A stretch of 64,000 nucleotides of DNA, taken from the IMG/VR virus record IMGVR_UViG_3300033146_003879, positions 118,990-182,989 of that record; one strand, 5' to 3'. The notes under the pieces were generated by a model. That model was not told the DNA's origin. It made no database searches and saw only the letters and a list, made by a program, of their open reading frames with translations. The DNA is from a virus. Its lineage: Duplodnaviria > Heunggongvirae > Uroviricota > Caudoviricetes. Below, piece after piece: positions 20,164 to 28,445 of this stretch. The stretch's first letter is position 1. Each line of letters starts with the position of its first letter. The translations under genes were made by a program, and so were the position numbers.

Positions 20164-20985
20164 TTAAGGTAGATGGTAATACACACCATCTACGTCTATG
20201 TCTATAAGGGCTTCAATTCGCCCTATAACCACTCCGGTCGCTACTGGACTATACGTAACAACCTCGTATGAGTCAGAATAATTGTAATCCAGAGATGTTA
20301 CGGTAAATGATAGATTATGCCTATCCCGCAGCATATCAACTGTCCTATCACCTAGTCGGGCTGGCATGCTCACGTTCGATTCTTTATTAAGTGTAAAGTA
20401 TAATGTAAGACTACTCATATCAGACACAACTGCGAAATACATAGTAAGTATGTAGCCGGAATAACGACCTACAAGCTCACACTCCATCACAGACCCGAGT
20501 AGTAGGTCACCGTCTTTCCTTAGAACCTCTTCACAAACAACATCTGTTATAGGCACGTCCGTGTCATCCGACTCCTCAGAATCATCAGCGACAGCGTCAT
20601 CATCAGCCGACTCCTCAGAATCAACAGTCTCATCGACACCACCAGCCGACTCATCAGAATCAACAGTCTCATCGACACCATCAGCCGACTCATCAGAATC
20701 AACAGTCTCATCGACACCATCAGCCGACTCATCAGAATCAACAGTCTCATCGACACCACCAGTAGCCTCCTCTGAGTCTACATCAGCAACTTCATCAGCA
20801 ACACAGATCGAGTCAATACACTCGAGCCTTGAATCACAGGTGTTATTATCGTAGCACTTTTCATGCCATCCTCCAACATCACCTGATCCTTTCGCCGCGT
20901 CTCCACCGCAGCTAACAACAAACATGTTCATCAAAACCACCAACAAAACCACCAACCACCCCTTTCTTCTTGTAACCTTAGTCAT
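20164..20985 (-). CDS. secreted lipoprotein with Cys-rich N-domain and acidic 13-aa tandem repeats (GVDETVDSDESAD x ~5)
   Basis: Start MTKVTRRKGWLVVLLVVLMNMFVVSCGG has GGAGG 7 nt upstream. Signal peptide plus lipobox VVSC. Repeats are visible in both protein and DNA. Confidence 0.65.
   Translation of the reverse strand: MTKVTRRKGWLVVLLVVLMNMFVVSCGGDAAKGSGDVGGWHEKCYDNNTCDSRLECIDSICVADEVADVDSEEATGGVDETVDSDESADGVDETVDSDESADGVDETVDSDESAGGVDETVDSEESADDDAVADDSEESDDTDVPITDVVCEEVLRKDGDLLLGSVMECELVGRYSGYILTMYFAVVSDMSSLTLYFTLNKESNVSMPARLGDRTVDMLRDRHNLSFTVTSLDYNYSDSYEVVTYSPVATGVVIGRIEALIDIDVDGVYYHLP
20569..20763. repeat. 5 x 39-bp tandem repeat inside the lipoprotein gene
   Basis: Unit ccgactcMtcagaatcaacagtctcatcgacaccaYcag repeated head-to-tail. 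Generates spurious shadow ORFs on both strands. Confidence 0.8.
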
Positions 20986-21225
20986 AACAACCTCCTGTTT
21001 TTTAACGTGGTTGTCTCCACATTGATATATACTACACAATAAAACCAGAAGTAATGGCTCAGACTACGCTTGCCTAGGCCTGTACGTAACTTCACGAGGT
21101 CTTTCTCCTCGCACACAGACATCTCAACACCTCCTCCTTTGTTGACATACCATACATATTCTTATACCTCAAAAACGCAGTTTTTATATCAAAAAAAGAA
21201 ACCCTGCAACTTAAGTAACAGGGTA

Positions 21226-21582
21226 TCATAACCCTCCATCTTGATTAATATTACGATGCCTAAGATCAATCCGAAAGCTCTTTTCAAATAACTTCGGGGG
21301 GAATACCAGCAGCGTACCATCTGTCCTACGTACTATATAGTCCCCTATGTTTGCTCCCGCATATGACTTGGCCCCATCCTGCATAAGCTGAGGCTTATTT
21401 GAGATAGGGCAAAGAACTATAGACAAATTCTTAATGTTTGTCCGTTTTGAGAACGCGTCGGCTTCCTCTTGGGTTTCTCCCCACCAGCGCTCAGCCATAA
21501 TTTCCTCTGCATGGGTTCCGGGACCCTTCTTGAACACATATCTATTCACAACACACCTCCTAGCGGTGGTATATTGTCGCAC
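21226..21582 (-). CDS. small protein, paralogue family A member 1
   Basis: Shares Y-x-[KR]...AAQW[LI]G[EN][TS]..AF and C-terminal GDY[VI]..G..[VI]F...F[EN][KR] motifs with three neighbouring ORFs. Confidence 0.5.
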   Translation of the reverse strand: MRQYTTARRCVVNRYVFKKGPGTHAEEIMAERWWGETQEEADAFSKRTNIKNLSIVLCPISNKPQLMQDGAKSYAGANIGDYIVRRTDGTLLVFPPKLFEKSFRIDLRHRNINQDGGL

Positions 21583-21902
21583 CTAAGATACACACCATAC
21601 CTACTATTAAAGAACTTCTCGGTAAACACCCTTATAACCCCCTTACCGTCGACAGCTATAAAGTTACCGTACTCGGCACTCCTAACTATTTTATCTTCAC
21701 CCGGTGTTACCACCACCTCCAGCTGTTGTGTGAAAGGATTTTCATCAAGAAATAGCCTACCTTGGAGTCCGTGTTCTTCCATGAACGCCTCCAGATCTTC
21801 CTTCGTATTACCTAACCACTGTGCTGCATAGAGTTCTTTGTCACACACCCTCCTATTATTGCTAAAGCCTGGAGGAGACCAACGTATTTTATACCTATCC
21901 AT
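21546..21902 (-). CDS. small protein, paralogue family A member 2
   Basis: LYAAQWLGNTKEDLEAF ... GNFIAVDGKGVIRVFTEKFFNSRY. Confidence 0.5.
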   Translation of the reverse strand: MDRYKIRWSPPGFSNNRRVCDKELYAAQWLGNTKEDLEAFMEEHGLQGRLFLDENPFTQQLEVVVTPGEDKIVRSAEYGNFIAVDGKGVIRVFTEKFFNSRYGVYLRCDNIPPLGGVL

Positions 21903-21944
21903 ATCTCACAACCCCCTTAGCAGTATACTGTTATTTATTAAGAA

Positions 21945-22493
21945 TCACCAATCAACATCATCGTCGTCCCAGCCATCATCATCGTCGTCCCAATCATCAT
22001 CATCGTCGTCCTCATCGTCCTCATCATCCTCATCCTCATCATACTCGCCAAGGAACTCCGCAGCTTCTTCATCATCACATGCGGCATAATCATACTTATT
22101 AGGATCTGATGCTGGGATATAGTCATCTCTCATGTTATCAACCCATATCTTTGGGAGCGATGGTTCGTAGGCACGCTCAAAGGGAATGCCTGGAATAATT
22201 AATATCTTTCCTGATTCACGCCTTACAACATAATCCCCTTGGCTAGCGTGTCTGAATGTCGCACCAAAACCCTCTTGCGTGAGCACCTTATTACCAGACC
22301 GGACACGAATAACCGTAAGCCCCTCAATTCCATGCTCCTCACCAAACACCTTAGCATAACACACGGTAGACCCGATCCAACACGCTGCGCGTATCCTTTC
22401 TGGTAAAGCCTTTCCTTCAGAGTCTGTTTTGTATCCGCTTTTCTTTAGTTTATACTCAATCACAACACCCTCCGCTACCCCATAGGTCCACAC
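21945..22493 (-). CDS. family A member 3 with a 60-aa poly-acidic, Trp-punctuated C-terminal tail
   Basis: Core matches family A (AACWIGS ... GDYVVRRESGKILIIPGIPFERAYE). Tail is EYDEDEDDEDDEDDDDDDWDDDDDGWDDDDVDW. Confidence 0.5.
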   Translation of the reverse strand: MWTYGVAEGVVIEYKLKKSGYKTDSEGKALPERIRAACWIGSTVCYAKVFGEEHGIEGLTVIRVRSGNKVLTQEGFGATFRHASQGDYVVRRESGKILIIPGIPFERAYEPSLPKIWVDNMRDDYIPASDPNKYDYAACDDEEAAEFLGEYDEDEDDEDDEDDDDDDWDDDDDGWDDDDVDW

Positions 22494-22912
22494 CCAACAG
22501 CTTTACCTGGAGTGCATAATTTCTCTCCTGGTACGAGGGCTTTTCTAGCTTCTTCCTCGCCCCCGAACGGAGTAAACCCGTGTATCAACAGGCGCATAAT
22601 TACCCCGTGGTTCTTTCTAATAGCAATCACACACATCACATTCTTATTGTGAGCGAGGATAGCTTGCTGAAGTGCTGACTCAACGTAATCTTCGCATGTT
22701 GTATTAGCAACACTCAGTAAGAGTGCGTCATGCACCCCTTGCAGTTCGCTTGTCCTCTGTTCCGTAGAAACGGCATCGACGGATATAACGAGCGCTACAA
22801 AGAACGCACTGCCAACCGCTGACCTGACAACAGCATCAGTCGTCTGTGCTGAGTGGGACTCGAGCACCAGAAACCCGATAATAAACAGAAATATCAGTAA
22901 TACAAAACTCAT
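22475..22912 (-). CDS. hypothetical protein with N-terminal signal/anchor
   Basis: Starts MSFVLLIFLFIIGFLVLES (hydrophobic). Confidence 0.4.
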   Translation of the reverse strand: MSFVLLIFLFIIGFLVLESHSAQTTDAVVRSAVGSAFFVALVISVDAVSTEQRTSELQGVHDALLLSVANTTCEDYVESALQQAILAHNKNVMCVIAIRKNHGVIMRLLIHGFTPFGGEEEARKALVPGEKLCTPGKAVGCGPMG

Positions 22913-22921
22913 GATCTCCTC

Positions 22922-23260
22922 CTAAATTAAACGCCCTTCTTGAGCAAGATTATTACCCACCAGCACAGGTTTTCTCACTTCTACATACTTCTTTTCGAAG
23001 ATATGCCTACTAAACACAGCTATACCGTTCTCCCAATCAAGAGCAACGTAATCACCCTGTTTTGCTACAGTAGATGCTATGAACGATCCTTTCAGTCTTA
23101 TGTGGTACACTTGTGAGTAATATGCTTTGTAGTATTTCAGCGCAGGTAACCCCTCTTTCTTTGCGAAAGCATCAGCATCAGCCTGGGACTCACCTAACCA
23201 CTGAGCCGCGTACAAAAAGCGCTCACCTATACCACGTCTCCGATACTTTTTCACAAACAA
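22922..23260 (-). CDS. small protein, paralogue family A member 4
   Basis: LYAAQWLGESQADADAF ... GDYVALDWENGIAVFSRHIFEKKY. Confidence 0.5.
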   Translation of the reverse strand: MFVKKYRRRGIGERFLYAAQWLGESQADADAFAKKEGLPALKYYKAYYSQVYHIRLKGSFIASTVAKQGDYVALDWENGIAVFSRHIFEKKYVEVRKPVLVGNNLAQEGRLI

Positions 23261-23353
23261 TGTCCTCCTACGACTTAAGATAAGCAGCGCCTTCTATACC
23301 GACAACCATCACACTGAATACTATAAAAGCAAGACCCCTTAATAAAAGTCTCT

Positions 23354-23665
23354 TCATTTCTTTCTCCTTATTACGTTCGTTGTGAATTCATATCTGTGAT
23401 CATAGACTCCTTTACACCCCCACACGGTTACTTTTGCCGGAGGGAACTTGAATCCACCGCACGAGTTATCAGGGAGTGCCTCTACAAAAGACGATACATT
23501 CACGGTAGGGTTATTCGGCTTAAGAGTAATCTCCCAAGACACATCGTCCCATCCGTACGGAATGACCTCTCCTAGCTTATCGTCAGAACTGTCGTTTCTA
23601 CCAGACATAATAGATGATAACAATAACGGGATAGCAAGGATCCCCATAATAACACTTACTTTCAT
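23354..23665 (-). CDS. small secreted protein (signal peptide)
   Basis: Starts MKVSVIMGILAIPLLLSSIMSG, followed by a hydrophilic domain containing CGG and GCKG. Confidence 0.45.
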   Translation of the reverse strand: MKVSVIMGILAIPLLLSSIMSGRNDSSDDKLGEVIPYGWDDVSWEITLKPNNPTVNVSSFVEALPDNSCGGFKFPPAKVTVWGCKGVYDHRYEFTTNVIRRKK

Positions 23666-23735
23666 TTTTTACTCCTGCGCTATCTGAGCGCAATTGTCAA
23701 TAAACATACACCGTGATAGTAACTATATACAGAGT

Positions 23736-24101
23736 TTAGTCAAGTTGCTTGGTTGTGACGTATTCCCTAACTGTCTTAGGAGACCCAGACACACGTATCT
23801 CTATTTGCGTGAACTCACTATATTTGCGAGACAGTATATAATCAACCACTTTCTGATAACAACTTGAGCTACAGGCATTTAGCTTCAAGGTAGCCCTACC
23901 TTGCACGTCACCTTTATCAATACCGCGTATTTCTACAAAATCATCTCGAGCACCTGCGTGAATACCTATTGTCTTTTCACACCCATCGCACTTTATGTGA
24001 TCTGGTTGATATTCACGATGCGTGTAACTCTCCACGGAGCTATTATCATCCACACGCTTTACACTCACGCTGCGCATAACCTCTCTTGCAACAACACTCA
24101 T
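23736..24101 (-). CDS. hypothetical protein with CDGC...C..SSSC cysteines
   Basis: 121-aa ORF immediately 3' of the tmRNA. Confidence 0.4.
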   Translation of the reverse strand: MSVVAREVMRSVSVKRVDDNSSVESYTHREYQPDHIKCDGCEKTIGIHAGARDDFVEIRGIDKGDVQGRATLKLNACSSSCYQKVVDYILSRKYSEFTQIEIRVSGSPKTVREYVTTKQLD

Positions 24102-24158
24102 GATGTAACCTCCTTAACGAATTTTAATTATTATCATATCACACCTGCTACTAAAAAT

Positions 24159-24499
24159 TGGTGGAGGCGGCGGGAATCGAACCCGCGTCCTAAAAACCTT
24201 CAAGATAGATACTACATGTTTAGTCCGTCTTTACTAAAATCTTCGGCGCCAACGGACAGGCCCCTCGAAGTTTCCTACGCTAAAGTTTTCGTGGCATCTC
24301 CCACATAGAAAGGATCAACCCTTAGTCTCACAGTTGTGCGCCCCAATTGGTGTCGTGAGCACCCCTCCAATAGGACGGCAGCTTATGCTGCTATGAGTTC
24401 AGTTTTTGCGTCTCTGAACGTGCCGCTTTTTACGAGGCCCGCGGCGCCTCGACATGCATCTATTCTCTCCGCGAATCCAGTCGAAACCAGGTCGCCCCC
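24159..24499 (-). ncRNA. ssrA: tmRNA (ssrA-like), about 341 nt, phage-encoded
   Basis: Minus strand reads 5' GGGGGCGACCUGGUUUCGACUGGAUUCG ... GGACGCGGGUUCGAUUCCCGCCGCCUCCACCA 3'. The 7-bp acceptor stem (GGGGGCG / CGCCUCC) carries a G3.U pair. T-arm GCGGG-UUCGAUU-CCCGC with terminal CCA. Internal putative tag frame ends ...ACU GAA CUC AUA GCA GCA UAA (TELIAA*). Confidence 0.8.
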
Positions 24500-24502
24500 A
24501 TA

Positions 24503-24907
24503 TTACAAACTACACTCCTTAACAATATGTTCTGTTCTCAAAGTGTCCTCAAACAACATAGAATGATAATACATCCTATGCCAACCGACCCAGGTAATGC
24601 TGTATGCATAGCAATACGCATGCTGGGAACGGAAATCAATAGATCCGTCAAAGATAGCGCTAACAGGAACTATCTCACCAGCGTATTCGATGATTCTCTC
24701 AGGCAGCAACAGGTAGCGCCCTCGCGCATACATCTTACCAAACGAGGTGAGCGCCTCCACATCTATTCTGTGGACCTTCCCCACTACCCCAATAACGGTA
24801 CCGACAAGGCCTTCATTAACAAGCTTACGCAAATAGGTCTCGCCCTTTATGCGCATATATTCGCGCAAGCTACCGTCAACTCTGTCACCATACATAGATC
24901 TAGCCAC
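24503..24907 (-). CDS. small protein, paralogue family B member 1 (probable GTG start)
   Basis: KIDVEALTSFGKMYARGRYLLLP motif shared with B2 and B3. Leader AGGGGG + 6 nt + GTG is conserved with B2. Confidence 0.45.
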   Translation of the reverse strand: MARSMYGDRVDGSLREYMRIKGETYLRKLVNEGLVGTVIGVVGKVHRIDVEALTSFGKMYARGRYLLLPERIIEYAGEIVPVSAIFDGSIDFRSQHAYCYAYSITWVGWHRMYYHSMLFEDTLRTEHIVKECSL

Positions 24908-24917
24908 AACGCACCCC

Positions 24918-25274
24918 CTAAACACTACCTATATTATCAACAGTTAAGCTATCAGTAAACAATAGAGGGCTAAGTATGATACCGCCTTCCGATATTCGGT
25001 AACCATCTACCATACCGTATGAAGACCTAAAGTCCGTGGCTAGCATAGGGCACACCTCCGCCTCTACCACCATACCTGCATTAGATATCATATCACAAGG
25101 CATCAACAAGAACTTGTTTCTACTAAACATCTTTCCGAATGTCTTAAGCATATTTATCCTTATTTTATATAAACCAGAGGGAGACCTTGTATCATTCACC
25201 CTTGAGTAAATCCCCTCATATATCATTCTCCCAAGGAACTCTGAACTCTGGACACGAAGTACTTTTGTCCGCAC
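24918..25274 (-). CDS. small protein, paralogue family B member 2 (GTG start)
   Basis: KIRINMLKTFGKMFSRNKFLLMP. About 65 bp of conserved upstream sequence shared with B1 (minus-strand TTTACT-17-TAATAT promoter-like). Confidence 0.45.
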   Translation of the reverse strand: MRTKVLRVQSSEFLGRMIYEGIYSRVNDTRSPSGLYKIRINMLKTFGKMFSRNKFLLMPCDMISNAGMVVEAEVCPMLATDFRSSYGMVDGYRISEGGIILSPLLFTDSLTVDNIGSV

Positions 25275-25413
25275 GCCACACCCCCTAAACGTTACCTATA
25301 TTACCAACAGTTAGGTTATCAGTAAACAATAAAGGGTTAAGTATAACACCATCACCCATAACCTTAGCGCCTATACCGCCAACAGAAACCCCAAGCCCTG
25401 TAACTACTTACAG

Positions 25414-25429
25414 TATCTTATACCACAAT
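25414..25429 (-). promoter_or_regulatory. recurrent promoter-like motif, copy 2
   Basis: cttataccacaat. Minus strand reads TGTGGTATAAG. Confidence 0.4.
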
Positions 25430-25668
25430 AGCAGCTCGTTAAATGTCACTGTCTGCAATATTGTTCACCATAAAACCAGTTGTAAATAGTGTAGGTTGGT
25501 AATGCAACGCATCATGCGTGCCGTCATTTACTAGGTCCCTAGGAATACCTTACTTTATATATGCACAGTAATCTCACCGCCTCTTACCATATAGCACTCT
25601 CCAATAAACGCCCCTCCCGAAGGAGAGGCAACACTATAAGCAGCGAGCTGCGCCCGCTTCCTAATACT

Positions 25669-26058
25669 TTAGATACCACCTAGATTATCCCCCAAGAGAC
25701 TATCGCGGAATAGTAATTGACTAAGACCGAATCCTCCATCCCGCAGTTGATACCCGACAGCATATCCTTTACTAGCGAAGTAATCGCACAACCAAGACTC
25801 ACTCGCCTTTACGTAGACAAGTCTATCAGCCATATCGAATAACTCTAAAGGAAGGACCAGGTAGTACTTCCTTCTATATAGCGGACCGAACGACATAAGC
25901 TTACCTACATCAATCTTATAGGCCTCACCTTCTCTTCCGTATGACCTAGCGACACTTCCTTCTTTAACCATTGTATCCAAAAAACCCCTACTCTGGGCAC
26001 GTACTACTCTTATAGCCACTCTACTTTCCCAATCAAACGGTCTCAGAATCTCACTCAC
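25669..26058 (-). CDS. small protein, paralogue family B member 3 (GTG start after GGAGGG)
   Basis: KIDVGKLMSFGPLYRRKYYLVLP. Confidence 0.45.
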   Translation of the reverse strand: MSEILRPFDWESRVAIRVVRAQSRGFLDTMVKEGSVARSYGREGEAYKIDVGKLMSFGPLYRRKYYLVLPLELFDMADRLVYVKASESWLCDYFASKGYAVGYQLRDGGFGLSQLLFRDSLLGDNLGGI

Positions 26059-26070
26059 AGCACCCTCCAC

Positions 26071-26094
26071 TCAAAACCCCGCCCGAAGGCGGGG
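26071..26094 (-). terminator. rho-independent terminator (ccccgcc-cgaa-ggcgggg plus U-run on minus)
   Basis: 7-bp GC stem with a CGAAG-type loop. Minus strand continues UUUUGAG. Lies after the radical-SAM operon. Confidence 0.5.
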
Positions 26095-26215
26095 TAACAC
26101 CACAACATTTACGAGCAGTGGCCGTTACCGCCACCCCCACTGTCTCCAGAACAATGGCCGTTACGGCCTTCATCCAAACGGCGAACAATTCGCCTCAATA
26201 GCCTTGTCCACATGC

Positions 26216-27079
26216 CTACCTCCATCCATTCGTCAGCGTCCCATCTTCATAGATTACGCCGTACTTGTTATTAACTGCTCCTGCGAGCGCCTTGTATGCC
26301 ACTTTCACTCCATCCATGACAGATGCTTTCAGCGTCTCTTCACACATAAAGCATGATCTCTTTAACAGCAACGGGGTCTTCATCCCAGGAAACAACCGGT
26401 TCGTGTCAATATGTTTCTGACACCCACTAAAGTAAGGGCTCCCGAGCTTAATGTCAAACACGTCCTCAAATGAGACGAAATACTCTTCTCCGTGCTGGAT
26501 CTCACTCAGCTTTATTTCACTGAATCCCATTGCGTCGTAGTGCCGGAGGCACGCTTCAATATCCTCTCTCTTATAGAGAAAAGGCTTCACGATGTTTATA
26601 TTGATCCGGATTTTCTCCTTGTGCGGCAAGCTGTTGTAAAACGCCTGCCTGTCATACTCAGACTTTGTTCTTCGTATCGAGTCTGCGACAGCTTCGTCAT
26701 GATGTTGCACACTCAGGTTGATACCGTCACACATGTCAATGAGTCGCTCAAACATCTCACGCTCATCATGGCATATCTTCGGGACCGCCGTCGTCACAAA
26801 CACTTTGAGTTTCGTGTTCGCTTTAATGAGGATAACACAATCAAGCAACTCTTTCAGATACAGAGCCGGTTCTCCTCCAAGAAACAACACATCATCATAC
26901 CCTTCAGCATTGTTCGCAACCGTATCAGCGATAGCATAGATGTCCGGTTTGTTAATACCGAACCCCGCATAGTGCGTATCGATGCAATGTGCACACTTGT
27001 TGTCACATGCACTTGTGAAGTGTATGTCGAAACTGTTGTATGTGCCGTCGCAGCTGTTTTTTACGAATTGGTTCTTCAT
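26216..27079 (-). CDS. radical SAM enzyme (CxxxCxxC), viperin-like features
   Basis: HFTSACDNKCAHC close to the N-terminus, LFLGGEPAL glycine-rich SAM motif, C-terminal ...TNGWR. Compare viperin HFTRQCNYKCGFC, SGGEPFL and its terminal Trp. Confidence 0.6.
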   Translation of the reverse strand: MKNQFVKNSCDGTYNSFDIHFTSACDNKCAHCIDTHYAGFGINKPDIYAIADTVANNAEGYDDVLFLGGEPALYLKELLDCVILIKANTKLKVFVTTAVPKICHDEREMFERLIDMCDGINLSVQHHDEAVADSIRRTKSEYDRQAFYNSLPHKEKIRININIVKPFLYKREDIEACLRHYDAMGFSEIKLSEIQHGEEYFVSFEDVFDIKLGSPYFSGCQKHIDTNRLFPGMKTPLLLKRSCFMCEETLKASVMDGVKVAYKALAGAVNNKYGVIYEDGTLTNGWR

Positions 27080-27100
27080 TCCACATCTCCATGCAAATTG

Positions 27101-27382
27101 TCAATCAAGATTCACAGCAAGAGCCCTCTCGATACTGTTGATAACGTCCTCTGTCGTAAAGGGAGCACTTTTACGCATAAAGAGTTTAATACCAACTTCA
27201 ATTTCTTCAAAGTTCTCGCCTTGCTGGCTAACACATGTTCCCCACAGCATCACTGCGTTCATCGGGTGCAGCACCTCATCAACAGAGACATCTGCATACC
27301 GATTTGAGAAGTGGGTAACAACAGCCTGCTTGTTTGCAGATACCGCTGCCCACTCCTCCACATTGTTATATTTCTTTTTCAT
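27101..27382 (-). CDS. hypothetical protein (93 aa) in the rSAM cluster
   Basis: ORF in a compact cluster. Confidence 0.4.
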   Translation of the reverse strand: MKKKYNNVEEWAAVSANKQAVVTHFSNRYADVSVDEVLHPMNAVMLWGTCVSQQGENFEEIEVGIKLFMRKSAPFTTEDVINSIERALAVNLD

Positions 27383-27398
27383 AGTCTTCTCCTATTGT

Positions 27399-28436
27399 TC
27401 ACTGCGCGAACTCACTCCATGATATAACTGGCTTAACAGGAACAGGGTAGTTCTCCTCATAAGTAAAGCTCCTCTTTCCTTCAATATCAGCCTCGCGCCG
27501 TGCGCACGCATCCCAATAAGCATGCAGCAGTGCACTGTTCTTACGCAGCTGTTTCTGCTGACCAGAAGTAAGCCTCTCTTCGATCACTTCCCAGACCTTG
27601 CTTAACGTAGACTCATTGTCATCAATGAATGTTCTGTCGAATTCGAGCTTCGGCCCAGCGTGCCCACGGCACCACTTGACAAAGGCAGCATCAGACATAA
27701 CGCGAAGATAAGGTAACTCTTGCACAAGGCCACCGTTCGTAAAACTAATGTCACCACAGACAACATTGTCGTACAGTTCAGAAGGAATCTTCTTGTTGAA
27801 GTCTCCTGTTGCACCACAATACAGATAGAGCGCCAGCGCTCTAAACTCCCCCTCCCGGAAATATGAGATCATATCATCGGTCTTATGAGCGAACATGTAC
27901 TTCAACTTCGCCTTAATGGCCTTATCCTCCATGTAGTAGCGATAGTCATACGCTCTTTGTGCAGACCGGCACACTATGGTTAGCCATTGATCAACACTCG
28001 CCTTCTTAATCTCCGGGGTAAACCCCGGGTCAAGTAGCAACGCCACATCGATCTTTCCAACAATCTCAGGGTACCATATTACGCGCTTATGCTCTTCGGG
28101 AGTCATTTCGTAAGGGTAGTACACCGCAGCGTACAGTGCAAACGTGTCAGAGTCACTGTTTTCGCTTTTCAATATATAGTGGTAGTACGCCCGCTCCTCG
28201 TCGGACAGAGGACTTACTTTCGACAGGCTCACAAGGAATGCCGAAGGATTTACATCACGTAACCATTTCTTCGCGTGCTTACCTAGCGCCTGCTTTCTTT
28301 CTTCGGATACTTTCCCAAAGGCGTCTATATTCTCCTTGGTACACCTCGGAAAGTATGGCGCCCTCACCCCCCTTCTCTCCTTGACAAGCTCGTTCAATAA
28401 CGGAACAAGTTTGTTTAACCTACTGATGTTACTCAT
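27399..28436 (-). CDS. hypothetical protein (345 aa) in the rSAM cluster
   Basis: ORF, no motif recognised. Confidence 0.45.
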   Translation of the reverse strand: MSNISRLNKLVPLLNELVKERRGVRAPYFPRCTKENIDAFGKVSEERKQALGKHAKKWLRDVNPSAFLVSLSKVSPLSDEERAYYHYILKSENSDSDTFALYAAVYYPYEMTPEEHKRVIWYPEIVGKIDVALLLDPGFTPEIKKASVDQWLTIVCRSAQRAYDYRYYMEDKAIKAKLKYMFAHKTDDMISYFREGEFRALALYLYCGATGDFNKKIPSELYDNVVCGDISFTNGGLVQELPYLRVMSDAAFVKWCRGHAGPKLEFDRTFIDDNESTLSKVWEVIEERLTSGQQKQLRKNSALLHAYWDACARREADIEGKRSFTYEENYPVPVKPVISWSEFAQ

Positions 28437-28445
28437 ATTACCCTC

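Noticed and set aside
20547-20854. ORFs 20547..20759 (-) and 20561..20854 (+) with repetitive Ser/Met/Leu peptides
   Set aside because: These are frame artefacts of the 39-bp tandem repeat inside the lipoprotein gene. They have no RBS and overlap the real gene entirely.
21838-22126. ORFs 21838..22089 (+, poly-Ser) and 21938..22126 (-, poly-Met/Thr)
   Set aside because: Shadow ORFs generated by the poly-Asp/Glu codon run (gat/gac repeats) of family A member 3.
24159-24499. tmRNA region as an attP site (partial host ssrA copy left by integrative recombination)
   Set aside because: Both the 5' acceptor half (GGGGGCG) and the 3' CCA end are present, and no integrase or excisionase is nearby. 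Both flanks are phage-like.
26216-27079. Calling the radical-SAM enzyme QueE (7-deazaguanine pathway)
   Set aside because: No QueC, QueD, FolE or DpdA partners are in the cluster. The N-terminal HFT..C[DN].KC motif and terminal GW resemble viperin more than QueE. Left as a generic rSAM with viperin-like features.
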